64,000 nucleotides of DNA from Lama guanicoe (Eukaryota). The notes below the pieces were generated by a model. That model did not search any database and was not told the origin of the DNA. It saw only the letters and a list, made by a program, of their open reading frames with translations. Below are positions 1 through 12,563 of the stretch, piece by piece. Positions within the stretch are counted from its first letter, which is position 1. Each line of letters begins with the position of its first letter. The translations under genes were made by a program, and so were the position numbers. Location: assembly GCA_013239625.1 (NCBI GenBank), contig MU053559.1:2029205-2093204 (forward strand), read 5' to 3'.

Positions 1-881
1 AGAAAAAAGCAATGTGCATGAAAACATGGAGAGAGAACAAACAACAGAAAGAGATCCACAGAGACTGCAGATAGGGAATTATTAGTTAAGGCACCTTAAC
101 TATGCTTTCAATATTTAAATAAGTAAAAGATGGATTGAAAATACCCTTGCCAACAAGAAACCTTATAAAATGAAATCAGATCTGGAAAAGAACCAGTTAG
201 AACTTCTAGAAATGTATATATGTATATAGATAAATAGATCGATATAGATATTTTCATGGATGGATGTAGATCTATAGATATATATGTATGTGTGTGTATA
301 TATATGGATATATATGGATATATTATGGATTAATGCATAAAATTAAAGGACTATTCATGGGTAAAAAGATAATTGATAAATTTGAAGATAAATCAGAAGA
401 AATAATCCAGAATGAACTGCTGAGAAAATAAAGGATGAAAAGTACAAAAGAGAGATTAAGAGACATGAGAAATAGAGTGAAAGGGTCTAACAATAATTTA
501 ATTAGAATCCCAAAAGGACAGTAGAGAGAGAATAAAACTATAATGGCTATTAATTTCTAGAACTGATAAAATACATAAACTTGCCATTCTAGAAGTCCCC
601 CAATTTCCAATGAGAAAAGTAAAAGAATTCCCACCTACACCCATCAGAGTGAAACTGAAAGACAGCAAAGAAGAAAGGAAAAGAAACAAACAAAAATAGA
701 CCCAGGAAAAAAGACAGATGACATTCAGAGGTGTGGCATTTAGAAGATTAGTTAGTTGATCTCTTAACAACAGCAATGGAAGGCAGGAGGAAGTGAATGA
801 TATGGTCAATGAATTGAAAGAAAGTAACTAGTGATCAGAATTATAGACAAGGAGAAAATATCTTTGAAGAATGATAACAAA
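1..881 (+). mobile_element. Old LINE-1, decayed ORF1 region (L1M/L1ME-like), with a TA/TATAGA-rich microsatellite at ~213-325
   Basis: A-rich + strand with ORF1-like phrases (gaaataatccagaatgaa...agagattaagagacatgagaaataga; attagaatcccaaaagga). The element resumes after the insertion at ~3249. Confidence 0.7.
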
Positions 882-892
882 ATGGATACATT

Positions 893-3232
893 CTTTTTAA
901 AATAAGACTATTTATTTAAAGCAATGTAAGTTTCACAGAAAAACTGAGGGGAAGGTAGAGATGTCCTGTATGCCCCTTGCCCCCACCACATGCATAGTCT
1001 CCCACATTATTAACATTCCAACCAAAGTGATACAGTTATCACAATTGATGAACTGGCAATGACACATCATCCTCCAGAGTCCTTAGTTTCCGTTAAGGTT
1101 CACTCTTGGTGTTGTACATTCGATTGGTTTGGACAAGTATATAATGTCATATATATATCATTATAATATCATACAGAGTTTCTTCACTGCCCTAAAAATT
1201 CTCCATGTTCTGTCTATTCATCCCTCCCCCTCCACAATCCCTGGCAACCTGGTCTTTTTTATTGTCTCCATAGTTTTGCCTTTTCCAGAATGTCTTATAG
1301 TTGGAATCATGCAGTGCCTCTTCCAATTGACTTCTTTCATTTAGTAAGATGCATTTAAGTTTCCTTCATGTCTAATAACTCATTTCTTGATAATGCATTT
1401 CTTTTGAACACTGAATAACATACCATTGTCTGGATGTACCCACGGTTTATTTATCTATTCACCTACTGAAGGACATCTTGGTTGCTTCCAAGTTTTGGCA
1501 ATTATAAATGAAGCTGCTGTAACAACATGTGTGTGTAGGTTTTTGTGTGGACATAAGTTTTCAACTCCTTTGAGTAAATACCAAGGAACATGATTGCTGG
1601 ATCATATGGCAAGAGTAGGTTTAGTTTTGTAAGAAACTGCCAAACTGTCTTCCAAAGTGGTCATACCATCTTGCATTCCCACCAGCCATGAATGTGAGTT
1701 CCTGTTGCTCCACATCTTCACCAGCATTTGGTGTTGTTAGTGTTCTGGACGCTGACCATTGTAAGAGGCATGTAGTGGTATCTCGTTTTTATTTGTATTT
1801 CCCTGATAGCATATGATGTGGAGCATCTTTTCATATGCTTATTTGCCATCTGTCTATCTTCTTTGGTGAGGTGTCTATTAAGATCTTTGGCCCATTTTGA
1901 ATCAGGTTGTTTGTCTTCTTATTGTTCAGTGCTCAGAGTTATTTGTATATTTTGGATGTGTCCTTTACCAGACATGTCTTTTTCAAATATTTTCTCCTGG
2001 TCTGTGTGGCTTGCCTTTTCATCTCCTTGAGGGTGTCTTTTGCAAAGCAGAAATTTTTTATTTTAATAAAGTCGAGATTATCAGTTCTTCTTTTCATGAA
2101 TCATGCCTTTGGTGTTGTATCTAAAAAGTCATTACCAAACTCAAGGTCATATAGGTTTTCTCCTATGTTATCTTCTAGGAGTTTCTTGGTTTTTAAAAAT
2201 TTGTTTAACTGAAGTATATTTGATTTACAAGATTATATTAGTTTCAGGTGTACAGCATAGTGATTCAGTATTTTTGCAGATTATACTTCATTACAAGTTA
2301 TTACAAGATAATGGCTATAATTCACTATACTATACAATATATCTTTATTACTTATCTATTATGGTTTTGTATTTTACATTTAGGCCTATGATCCTTTTGG
2401 AATTAAATTTTGTGAAAGGTGTAATGTCTGTGTCTAGATTCATTTTTTTTGCATGTGGATGTCCAGCTGTTTCAGCATCATTTGTGGAAAAGACTGTCTT
2501 TGCTTTATTGTATTAACTTGCCCTTTTGTCAAAGATCAGTTGACTGTGTTTATGTGAATCTATTTCTGGGTTGTCTATTCTGTTCCATTGGTCTATTTGT
2601 CTATTCTTTTGCTGATACGACGTTGCCTAGATTATTGTAGGCTCATAGTAAGTCTTGAAGTCAGGTAATGTCAATTCTCTAGCTTCGTTCCTCTCCTTCA
2701 ATATTGTATTGGTTATTCTGGGTCTTTTGTCTCTCCATGTAAACTTTAGAACTAGTTTGTCAATATCCACAAAATAACTTGGTGGGATTATAATTGGGAT
2801 TGCACTGAATGTATAGATCAAGTTGGGAAGAAATAACATTTTGACAATATTGAGTCTTCCTTTGCATGAAAATGGAATCACTCTCAATTTATTTAATTCT
2901 TCTTTGACTTTGTTCATCATATTTTTGTAGTTTTCCTCATATAAATCTTGTACATATTTTGTTAGATTTATACCTACATTTTTCATTTTATTGAGCATAC
3001 TAGTATAAATGGTATTGTGTTAATTTCAAATTCCACTTATTCATTGCTGGTTTGTAGGAAAGGGATTCACTTTTGTGCCTTAACCTTAGGTTCTACAACT
3101 TTGCTATAATTACTTGTTAGTTCCAGGAGGTTTTCTTTTTTTGTTTGTTTGTTTTTGGTGAGTTATTTTGAATTTTCTATATAGACAAGCATGTCATCTG
3201 TAAAGAGAAGGCACTTTTATTTCTTCCTTCCC
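893..3232 (-). mobile_element. 5'-truncated LINE-1 (L1MC/L1MD-like), ORF2 3' part plus 3'UTR
   Basis: ORF 2627..2998(-) GINLTKYVQDLYEENYK...LTLPDFKTYY is L1 ORF2-like. Flanked by the TSD atggatacatt at 882-892 and 3233-3243. Confidence 0.92.
2190..2360 (-). mobile_element. Short younger L1 3'-end fragment nested in the L1MC-like element
   Basis: tgaagtatatttgatttacaag...tttcaggtgtacagcatagtgattcag matches the L1 3' ends at 8441, 44806 and 54227. The host sequence resumes at atggttttgtattttacatttagg. Confidence 0.85.
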
Positions 3233-3248
3233 ATGGATACATTTTTTT

Positions 3249-5372
3249 ACATTGAAAACTGAGAAGGTTTTCCATTAGGAAGAAATTTAAAGGATACATT
3301 ATGAAGGATATACTGCAAGCAGGAAAAAAAGTGATCCCAGAAGGAAAATATGAGAAGAGCAAAGAAAATGGCAAATATATGGGTATATCTAAGATAAAGT
3401 TGGATGTATAAAATAATAATGTCTTGTAAGGTTATTAAAAAGCAAACAATTAAAATACATTATGTAAGTCAAAGCTCCTGGTAGTAGTTAACAAATTTAT
3501 AAGGTTTGAGAATACAAGGATAATATACAAAAATATATTATATTTATATATATGTTCATAATGAATTATTGAAACTCCTTAATTTTTAAGAGCATGCCCT
3601 CTGAAATAGCTGAAATAGAATGACATACTTATAAATCTACAAAATATGTGCAGTATGGGATGCTGAAAACTACAAAACAGTAATTAAAAAATCAAATAAT
3701 ACCTAAATTAATGGAAAAATATGCCATGGTCATGGATCAGAAGACCCTCTATTGTTAAGATGTCTATTCTCCCCAAGTTGAGCTATAGATTTAGCACAAT
3801 CACAACCCAATTTTCCACCTGTTTTTTTTTTTTTGTAGATATCCAAAACTGCTTCCAAGACTTCTGTTGAAAGATAAAGAAACCAGAATGGGTGAAACAT
3901 TTTCCTTTGAAAAGGAAAAACAAAATTAAGAGACTCACACTACCTGATTTCAATAGTTACTATAAAGCTACAGTAATCAAGTTAGTGTGGTATTGGTGAG
4001 AAGACAGACACATGGATCAATGGGACAGAGTAGATGTTCCAGAAATAGACTCACTCAAATATGGTCATTCGATGCAAAAGTAGTTCGATGTAGAAAGGAT
4101 AATCTTACCAACAAATGGTGTTAGAACAATTGAACATCACAGGCAGAAAAATAAACCATAGCCTATCCCTGACACTTGATATAAGCGTTAACTAAAAATG
4201 ATTCTTATATTTAATATGACTATAAAACGATAAAAACCTTTAGATGAAATACAGAAAATCTTTGTGACCTTGTCTTAGGGAATGAGTTCTTGGATGTGAA
4301 CCCAAAGCATGGTTCATAAAATAAAAATTTGTAAGTCAGACTTGGCGAAAATGAAAACTTTTGCCCTTTAAGACACTGTTAAGAGAATGAAAAGCTACAG
4401 ACCGGAGAAAAGATTTGCAAATCATATCTGAAAAAGTACTTATATCTAGAATATGCAATGAACTCACAAACAGAATTCAACAATAAGACAGCATACGACC
4501 CCTCAAACGTAGGCAAAGGTTTCAACAGACACTTCTCAAAGAAACTGTGTGGAAGGAAAATGGAAACATAAAGATATGATTGTCACCATCAGTTCCTAGG
4601 AAAATGCAAATGAAAGCCACAGTGAGATAAAACTACACACCTATTGAAATGGCGAAATAAAAAATAGACAATATAAAATATTGAAGTAGATATGGAACAC
4701 TTGGAACTTTCATACATTGCTGATGGAAATGTAAGGTGATACAGACTCGAGAAAACAGTTTAGCATTTTCTTATAAAGTTAAAAATATACTTACTATATG
4801 ACCCAGGAATCCCACTCTTAAGGATTTACTATTTACTCTAGAGAAATGAAAACATATGTTCCCACGCTAAACCTGTACATAGATGTTTATAGCAGCGTTA
4901 TTCACAGTAGCGTGGAACTTGAAACAGCCCAAATGTCCTTCAGTTGGTGAGTGGATAAGCAAACAGTGGTATATCCATAAAGTAAAATCCTACTCAGCAA
5001 TAAAAACAAGCAAAATATATATATACATGCATGCAACAGTACGGGTGTATCTCAAATGCATTTTTCTAAGTGAAGGAGGCCACTCAAGAGGCAACTTCAA
5101 GAGGTTATATATGGTGTAATCTCATCTCTATGACATTCTGGAAAAGACAAAACTGTAAGGAAGGAGAAGGTAAGTGGTTACCAGGGGTCACGAGAGGAGG
5201 AATGTTTTATGATAAAGAGGTAGGGTGAGCTAATATTTTGGGAGTAACAGAGCTGTTCTGTATCCTGATTTTGATGGCAGTTGCACAACTCTATGCATTT
5301 TGCCAAAACTCATAGAACTGTACACTGAAAAAAGGTGTATATTACTGTGTATAAATAGCAAAATTAAGCAAA
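3249..5372 (+). mobile_element. Old LINE-1: ORF1 end, ORF2 3' part and 3'UTR (L1MD/L1ME-like; may be more than one element)
   Basis: ORF 4883..5119 MFIAALFTVAWNLKQPKCPS is the L1 ORF2 C-terminus. 3'UTR motifs such as atgacattctggaaaagacaaaact are present. Confidence 0.88.
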
Positions 5373-5899
5373 AGGTAATTCCTGCTATGTTAACTTCATG
5401 CACCACAGAAATAAGGTTTAGCATTATCAGATACCAAGGTTAGAGTGGTATTGTAGTACATTCTTTGGAAACCTAAATCTTTGCTTTGAAGAAGAAGGAA
5501 AAAAAAAGGTAAAAATGTGCGGCATTCTTTGTTAATTTGAACCAGGAACAAATGGATCATTTCAGAAACATTTCTCAGATAGTTCTAAGGATAAGTGTTA
5601 TGTCATGAATCATAGCTGTCAGGGAAAATTCAGTAGATTCTTTCATAGCATCTCTTGCATTTTATCAGGACAATCTTCAGGACTTGGGGTACTGTAGCAC
5701 TTAAAAGATAATGGCTCAGATAAGCGCTTACTCAGTTTTGTAGACCATGGCGTCACTTGGAGAAAATGCTATGGTTTGGGCTAATGCATGTGTAGTTTAA
5801 AATAATTACATTTAAGACTGTTGAATTTCACTTAGATATAGTCAGTCTGGCAGCAATTCTCCAAGTCACTGTAGAACTACCAGACTGAGGTCCTGATGG

Positions 5900-6115
5900 A
5901 AACTACACACTGCACACACGGGTACAAATGCTAACACACACGCAGTTTCACCAGCATAAGTAGACACACATATATACACACACATAGATGCATATAGACA
6001 CATACGTGATATACACATGTAAAACCCTATACCACAGGCATGTACGTGTGTGCTCACACAGCATGCAAATGCACAAGCACATCTCTCCCCACCATGCACA
6101 TACTTTTTTTTTTCT
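5900..6115. repeat. Degenerate (CA/TA)-rich low-complexity tract
   Basis: Repeated acacac/atatac/gcatg units. Confidence 0.7.
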
Positions 6116-6319
6116 CTCTCCAAAATGTACACCATCTCTTGGAATCCAGAGTAGAAGAATCATGTTTAAAGGTTACAGGGTCTACCTTAAATAAAGGGAG
6201 CTTCTGCCTCGCATCCGTTTTGAAATAAGCTGAAATAAATGAAAAACAGATGGAGAAAGGATCAGGCAATACTTGGGATTCTCAGCTAAATTCTTTAGTA
6301 ATATCCAAGCATAATCCAT

Positions 6320-6622
6320 TTAGGTTTGGGATGTTCACTCTTGGAACTCGGCCACCACACTGGGAGGAATCAGACAGCCCTACTTCCCTGCCACCCTCAG
6401 CCCTAGCTGAGGTCCCAGCACTGACTTGTCATGTGTCAATGAGCCATCTTGGAATTGGATCCTCCGGCCTTTAGTTGAGCTGCCCTAGCCGATGCCACAT
6501 AGGGCAGATACAAATGCCCCTGCCAAGGCCTGCCTAAATTTCAGATTTGTGAGCAAAGTGGCTGGTATTGTTTTAAACCATTAAGTGTTGGAGTGACTTG
6601 GTTGTGCAGCAATAGAGAACTC
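6320..6622 (+). mobile_element. MaLR LTR fragment (MLT1-type, 3' half)
   Basis: Typical MLT1 3' end: ctgcctaaattcagatttgtgagcaaa...ttgttttaaaccattaagtgttggagtgacttggttgtgcagcaatagagaact. Confidence 0.8.
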
Positions 6623-6726
6623 ATAAATGCAGAATAAAAAGATACTGAAACACTTTATCTTCTCTCCCTTAACACTGGCTTTCTTCACTCTGCCATGCCA
6701 CAAACTCTTTCACACTCCGCAATTCA

Positions 6727-6736
6727 ACACACACAT

Positions 6737-6767
<31 letters not shown>
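6727..6767. repeat. (CA)n microsatellite
   Basis: Direct reading. Confidence 0.97.
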
Positions 6768-6769
<2 letters not shown>

Positions 6770-7344
6770 AGCATAGAAGAGAGAGAAGAGTTGGGAAAAC
6801 TAGAGGGAGAAGAAGGGAGAAAATGAATTCATGAGTATGATAACTTTGTATTGAGTAGTAAATGCAGGAAATCACTACCAATATTTGAATCAAACATGAG
6901 AGGAAGGTTAGGAAAGGTGTGTCCAGAGGGTGATCTTCAGGGCACAATTTGGGGAAATGTTTCTTAGGGGGATTTCAAAAGATCATGTTGCCAATTTGGA
7001 GGTACCACTGCTGGGAGATGAACTTGTTTTGCTGAAGTTGATGATCTTATGGATAGGCGTTTTTGGTTCAAATAGAAGACTCAGTCATAGGACAGAGAGC
7101 CATTAGAGTGACGACAGATCCTCTACTCTAAAAATATGCCCAGAAGAGGGAGGAATGGGTTCCTGTAGTAAGGATAAAAGACTAAGAGTATTGATACATT
7201 AGGGATATTCTCAAATGAGGAAATATGACAGGGATGAAAGAAGCTACCTTAGAGCACTGGCCAAGGACTAGGGTTGGTAGTTGGAAGTACCTGGAGCTGA
7301 AGGCATACATTCTTTCATCAAATTATAGTCATTAAGTTACTGCC

Positions 7345-7560
7345 TTTAATAATTAGTTCAATAAATATTTATTGAGCACCCGTTATGTACTAGACACTAG
7401 GCATATGATGATGAGTAAAACAAATGTGGTCCTTGCCCTCATGGGGGATAAATTAGTTGGACTGAGACAGAAACTAATTAAATAATAACATAAACATACA
7501 GTTAGAAATGATGAGAGGTGTTACTAAGGAAAGTGCAGAGTTCTATCAGAGGAAGAATTA
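7345..7560 (-). mobile_element. L2 3'-end fragment
   Basis: ttcaataaatatttattgagcacccgttatgtactagacact...gtccttgccctcatgg is the reverse complement of the L2 terminus. Confidence 0.8.
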
Positions 7561-7684
7561 GGAAGCCAAACATCGCTTCTGTTCTCTGGATGTTTACAAG
7601 TTTTCTTCTCACCTCATCTTTTCCCCACCCTCCAAGAATACTTTGAAAGACCCTTAACTTTATTCCTCAGCTTTTTGAGTGCTT

Positions 7685-7915
7685 ATGAATTTATAATTTA
7701 TGTCTGGATATATAATATATAAAAACATATTTATATATAAATTATTACACCTACTTTTTTATTATATAAATTATAAATTATAATTATTATTGTTATTAAT
7801 CATATTATATAATAAATTATTATAAATTATTATATATTTATATTTTATATTTAGATGTATTATTATAAATTACATGTAAATATATATAATTATATATATA
7901 ATTTATTTATGTATG
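7685..7915. repeat. AT-rich low-complexity tract
   Basis: Almost exclusively A/T (ttataaatta units). Confidence 0.9.
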
Positions 7916-8440
7916 TGTAACTTTGGAAGGACAGTTAAAGTAGGTAAATAAGAAATACACATATTAAGGATCTTGAAAATCCACATGATTCTCAATCCAT
8001 TTGGGTGCTAGCGATGTGGGCAAAACAGAGGAAGTAAATGTTACAACTTCTGTCTTCAAGGGACTCACACCTATCTGGTGAAACAAAGGTAATCTACATA
8101 AAACAGAATCCTTTTGTGAGACACACCGTACCATTATTAAATCCTAGATTGTGCTGAACTGGCCTTAAGTGCTGAAGAAGCTCTGGGAAGCTATGATGAA
8201 CTGGGTGCCATCAAAAAAGGCTGTAAGGAGGAGGTAGGTTTCGAAAAGGGTGGTGTTATTTTTGTTTGGTTTGGGTCAGTGCAGGAAGAAGCATTCCAAG
8301 TGAGGAGAGGAACAAGAGTCAAAACTCAGAGGTGGAATGAATGTGTTGAGTAGAAGTAGATAAGTTCCCACTGCATTCATGAGGCGTTATTTTACCATTG
8401 GATGTGGGTGACATCAAATGCTGTAACAGCAGGTTTTTAA

Positions 8441-9528
8441 AAAAATTGAAGTATGGTTGATTTACAACATTGTGTTAGTTTCGGGTGTACAGCATAGTGA
8501 TTCAATGTTATATATATATGCATAAATGTACATATGTATTCTTTTTTAGATTCTTTTCCATGATAGGTTATTATAAGATATTGAATATAGTTCCCTGTGC
8601 TATACAGTAGGCCCTTGTTTATCTGTTTTATATACAGTAGTGTGTATATGTTAATCCCAAACTCCTAATTTATCCTTCCCTTCCCTTTCCCTTTTGTTAA
8701 CCATAAGTTTGTTTTCTGTGTCTATGAGTCCATTTCTGTTTTCTAAATAAGTTCATTTGTATCATTTTTTAGATTCCACATATAAGTGATATCATATGAT
8801 ATTTGTCTTTCTCTGTCTGACTTACTTCCTTTAGTATGATAATTTCTAGGCCCATCCACATTGCTGCAAATGGCATTATTCTATTCTTTTTTATGGCTGA
8901 GTAATATTCCATTGTATAAGTATACCACAACTTCTTTATCCAGTCATTTTTTGATGGACATTTAGGTTGTTTCCATGTCTTGGCTATTGTATTGTAATGC
9001 TACTATGAATATTGGAGTGCATGTATCTTTTTGAATTAAGGTTCCCTCCAGATATATGCCCAGGAGTGGGACCCAGGAGTGGGATTCCTGGGTCATATGG
9101 GAAGTCTATTCCTAGTCTATTGAGGAATCTCCATACTGTTTTCCACAGTGGCTGCACTAACCTGCCTTCCCACCAGCAGGGTAGGAGGGTTCCCTTTTCT
9201 CCACAGCCTCTCCAGCATTTGTCATTTGTGGACTTTTGAATGATGGCCATTCTGACTGGTGTGAGGTGGCACCTCATTGTAGTTTTGACTTGCATTTCTC
9301 TAATAATTAGCAAAATTGAGTATCTTTTTCGTGTGCTTATTGGCCATCTGTATGTCTTCTTTGGAGAGATATCTATTTAGGTCTCCTGCCCATTTTTTTT
9401 ATATTAAGCTGTATGAGCTGTTTGTGTATTTTGGAAATTAATCCCTTGTCTGTTGCATTGTTTGCAAATATTTTCTCCCATTCTGTAGGTTGTCTTTTCA
9501 TTTTGTTTATGGTTTCCTTTGCTGTGGA
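8441..9528 (-). mobile_element. 5'-truncated lineage-specific LINE-1 (ORF2 C-terminus plus 3'UTR)
   Basis: ORF 8984..9313(-) [48 protein letters not shown] is the ORF2 Cys-rich domain. Near-perfect TSD agcagg(g)tttttaa at 8428-8440 and 9529-9542. Confidence 0.95.
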
Positions 9529-9860
9529 AGCAGGGTTTTTAATGGAGAAGATGGGGAGGGTGTCAGGTTTGTGTGGGAGGTGAAGCTATTTGATAGATTA
9601 TTTTATAATGCATAAACATTTAAATCTTACCACATACCCAATGCAAGTTCCTTCCCTGTTTACTCTACAATTAGGTTGGACAGTATAAAATTTCTGGTAT
9701 TCAATCATTTTGACCTACAGAAATATCAAGGTCATATTCTTCAACCTGATAGATCATTAAATAACATTTGTATTTGTTTACCACATCCACCTCTAGGCAG
9801 TTCTGCACTCTTTGGAAGTTGGAAATCTAGAAATTATCAAAGGTATTTTGCTGTCCTAGT

Positions 9861-10293
9861 TGATGAATGCTGTGATGTGCCACTTAGATCCTCCCCACCC
9901 ACTCTGGCCAGCCTCTGGGAGTATTGCTGACTGATAGCCCTCAGCTCTTGACCTTCTTAAGAGCTTGCCTCAGCTGCAAGAGCTGCCTTGCCCAAGGTCA
10001 TGCTCCTTTCCCAGGGCAGCCCACACCTAATGCTGATTCAAGAAGGGATAGAAAGATCTGATCATCTCACTTCAACTCATAATAATTCCTAAAAGGTAGC
10101 CCAGCTTTAGAACTCACTGTAGGGTCAGCTGAGACCTCCGTTGACTCTAAACACAGCTTAACTTCTCTTGCCTCCCAATTTTGTCTTTTCACAACTCTTC
10201 CAAAGATATGGATCCCAATGCACTTCCTAACAACCCTATTGCACTGTGAGCTCTGTCTCAGCATTTGTTTTCCAGGGTACCTGACCTATAACA
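9861..10293 (+). mobile_element. ERVL (ERV3) 5' LTR, LTR16-like
   Basis: Starts tgatgaatgctgtgatgtgccacttagatcc and ends ttttccagggtacctgacctataaca. Immediately followed by the PBS-like tggtgcc at 10296-10302. Confidence 0.8.
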
Positions 10294-11344
10294 ATTGGTG
10301 CCGGATCTGACAAAGCAAATGCTGAGAATGGAATTGGGAACTTGATCCCCTGCCACCCAACTGGCACTGAGAATCCCTGACACAAGGAATGGAGACAGTT
10401 GGGTTGATAGTCTCAACATCTTAAATACCCAGATTCCCCTGAGCCCTCTGGCCCCTCTTATCTGTAAAAGGCTGGCTCTTCCCACTTGTTTGAGGATGAG
10501 GTAGAGACTTCTACCACATAAGACAACATGTGTTCGCCACCCAACCCTGCAACACTATGGTAAGTACACCAGTAATGATTACCCCAGTCCATCCAGAGAG
10601 GGACCCATAGCTATTTATCTAGGTAACTGTACACGGAAGAAGAGGTAGCCTTTATCATATCTCTGTCTGAAGTAACCAGTCTGGTCCTTGTAAAACCTAG
10701 ACATATCTTGGAAGGTCGATGTGGACTACTGCAAACCAAGTCATAGCCCCGATTTCAGCTGCTCATGCCAAGTGATCAAATTAACATGATCTCAGATTCA
10801 TGGTACATACAAGGTATGTGGCTGTTGATCTGAAGAATGCATCCATTTCCATCCTTCTCAGAAACATACTTCTCATTGGAAACATACAACAGAGTACATT
10901 TACACTCTTGCCCCAGGACTTGCCCTGTCCTCTGTCCTAAAATAGTCCAAAGAGACCTAGATCAGCTACCCATCCCACAGAACATCATACTGGTCCACTC
11001 TGTTGATGACATCATGCCAATCTGACTGGTGAAGCAAAAGGAAAAAATGCCTAGAGCATTTCCAATGTCAAGACTCACATACTCCAGAGAGAAACTCTAC
11101 GAAAATGTAAGTGTAAGAGATAAATTCTATGAACATTGACAAAAATTTTAGGACATCAGTGCTCTAGGGCATGCCAGGAAATCCCGTCAACAATAAAGGA
11201 AACACTTCTGCACCTGGCCCTTCTCACCACAAAGGAGCACATCACTTCACAGGTCTCTTTGGGCTCCAGAGGTACCTGGAAAAGTGCTCATGTCTTCAAA
11301 TAGTGCTATGACCCATATATTGGGTGACATCGAAGTCTCCCAGC

Positions 11345-11400
11345 ATTTTTTTTTAACATTTTTTATTGACTTATAATCATTTCACAGTGGTGTGTCAAAT
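11345..11400 (-). mobile_element. 56-bp extremely truncated young L1 3' end with TSD
   Basis: Poly-T followed by ttttattgacttataatcatttcacagtggtgtgtcaaat. Perfect 13-bp TSD gaagtctcccagc at 11332-11344 and 11401-11413. Confidence 0.88.
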
Positions 11401-11672
11401 GAAGTCTCCCAGCTTTAAGTGGAGCTCAGAGCAGGAAAAAGTCTATGATGCAAGCAGCCCTGTGGTTTGAACCATGTGACCCAGCAAACAGTATAATATT
11501 AGAGGAATCAGTAGTGAGAAAAATTGTTTGGAGTTTATGGTAATACCCAATCAGAGAATCACAACACAGACTCCTGGGCTTCTGGAGGAAAGCCATGTCA
11601 TACAGAGCTTTCAAAAAAGAACTTCTGAGAGTCTCTTTTTGTTTTGACAGGAGTTATTTTTTGAAAGGTGCG

Positions 11673-11771
11673 CAAAGTTCTACTGTAGAGCACAGGGAGT
11701 TATATTCAATACCTTGTAATAGCCTTTAATGAAAAAGGATATGAAAAGGAGTATCTATCTATCTATCTATC

Positions 11772-11811
<40 letters not shown>

Positions 11812-11900
11812 GTCTGTCTATCTATCTGAATCACTACGCTGTACACCAAAAACTAACACAACACTGCAAATCAACTATACTTTAAAAGACAAACAAACAA
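11673..11900 (+). mobile_element. L1 3'UTR fragment containing a (TATC)n microsatellite (11752-11827)
   Basis: ctgtagagcacagggagttatattcaatacc...gctgtacaccaaaaactaacacaacactgcaaatcaactatac parallels the L1 end at ~60790-60940. Confidence 0.9.
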
Positions 11901-12122
11901 CTCCCAACTCCAAAATCCTCTCATGCCCTGAATGGAGTGCCTGGTCATAGGGATACCAAGTAATCATGAGGTCTAACTCATCTGGAATCTTACCTGTCTC
12001 ACTCAATTTTCTTTTACAAAGCACTTTTAGAGACACCCTATTCACCTGCTTGATGAGACATTTTGCATCTAATTCTCAAGTCTTCCTCAGACCTGGAATG
12101 CCAGCCCGATGTGCTCCATGAG

Positions 12123-12563
12123 CAGTAATGTGCTGATAAATGCTTAGCAACTGGCTTTCTCTCAAACAAAAAGCAGTGATTTGTAGCATTTGCCAATTTC
12201 CATGGTATTAATACTCCCACCATGGCTGATTTCAAGCTTCCAACATGACATGATTGAATGCTTTCATTCCCAAACAAAGTTGGGAAGAGCTACGTGGTAG
12301 CCACCGTTACATGGTGTTTGCCACCACACAGAAACAATAGGTGTTAACAACTTCAAGAAAATAGATTATAGAAAAATTTAGTAAAATAATTAGGAAGGAA
12401 TGACTTTCAAATATTTGTTACCTTTGTTTTTAATGTAATTTGGTTAACTGTAAGTTTATGTAATTTAAATTTTAATGTGTCTTTCACAACCATCTCAAAA
12501 AAGTCCTGAAAATTTGAAAACTAGCTCTCATGGCCAAGATGAGGTAGTTCTATCGTACCAGTG
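12123..12563 (-). mobile_element. hAT DNA transposon, MER63-like (Blackjack), ~440 bp
   Basis: Termini cagtaatgtgctgataaatg and ...gttctatcgtaccagtg. Internal gtagcatttgccaatttccatggt...ccatggctgatttcaagct recalled from the MER63 consensus. Confidence 0.75.

Larger units (their letters stand above)
10294..11990 (+). mobile_element. Decayed ERVL internal region (ERV3-16A3-like) with pol/RT remnants
   Basis: ORF 10837..11025 ...LCPKIVQRDLDQLPIPQNIILVHSVDDIM resembles ERVL RT (LCHNLVRRDLD...LVHYIDDIM). Upstream gtggactactgcaaa (VDY motif). Heavily deleted and frameshifted. Confidence 0.8.
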
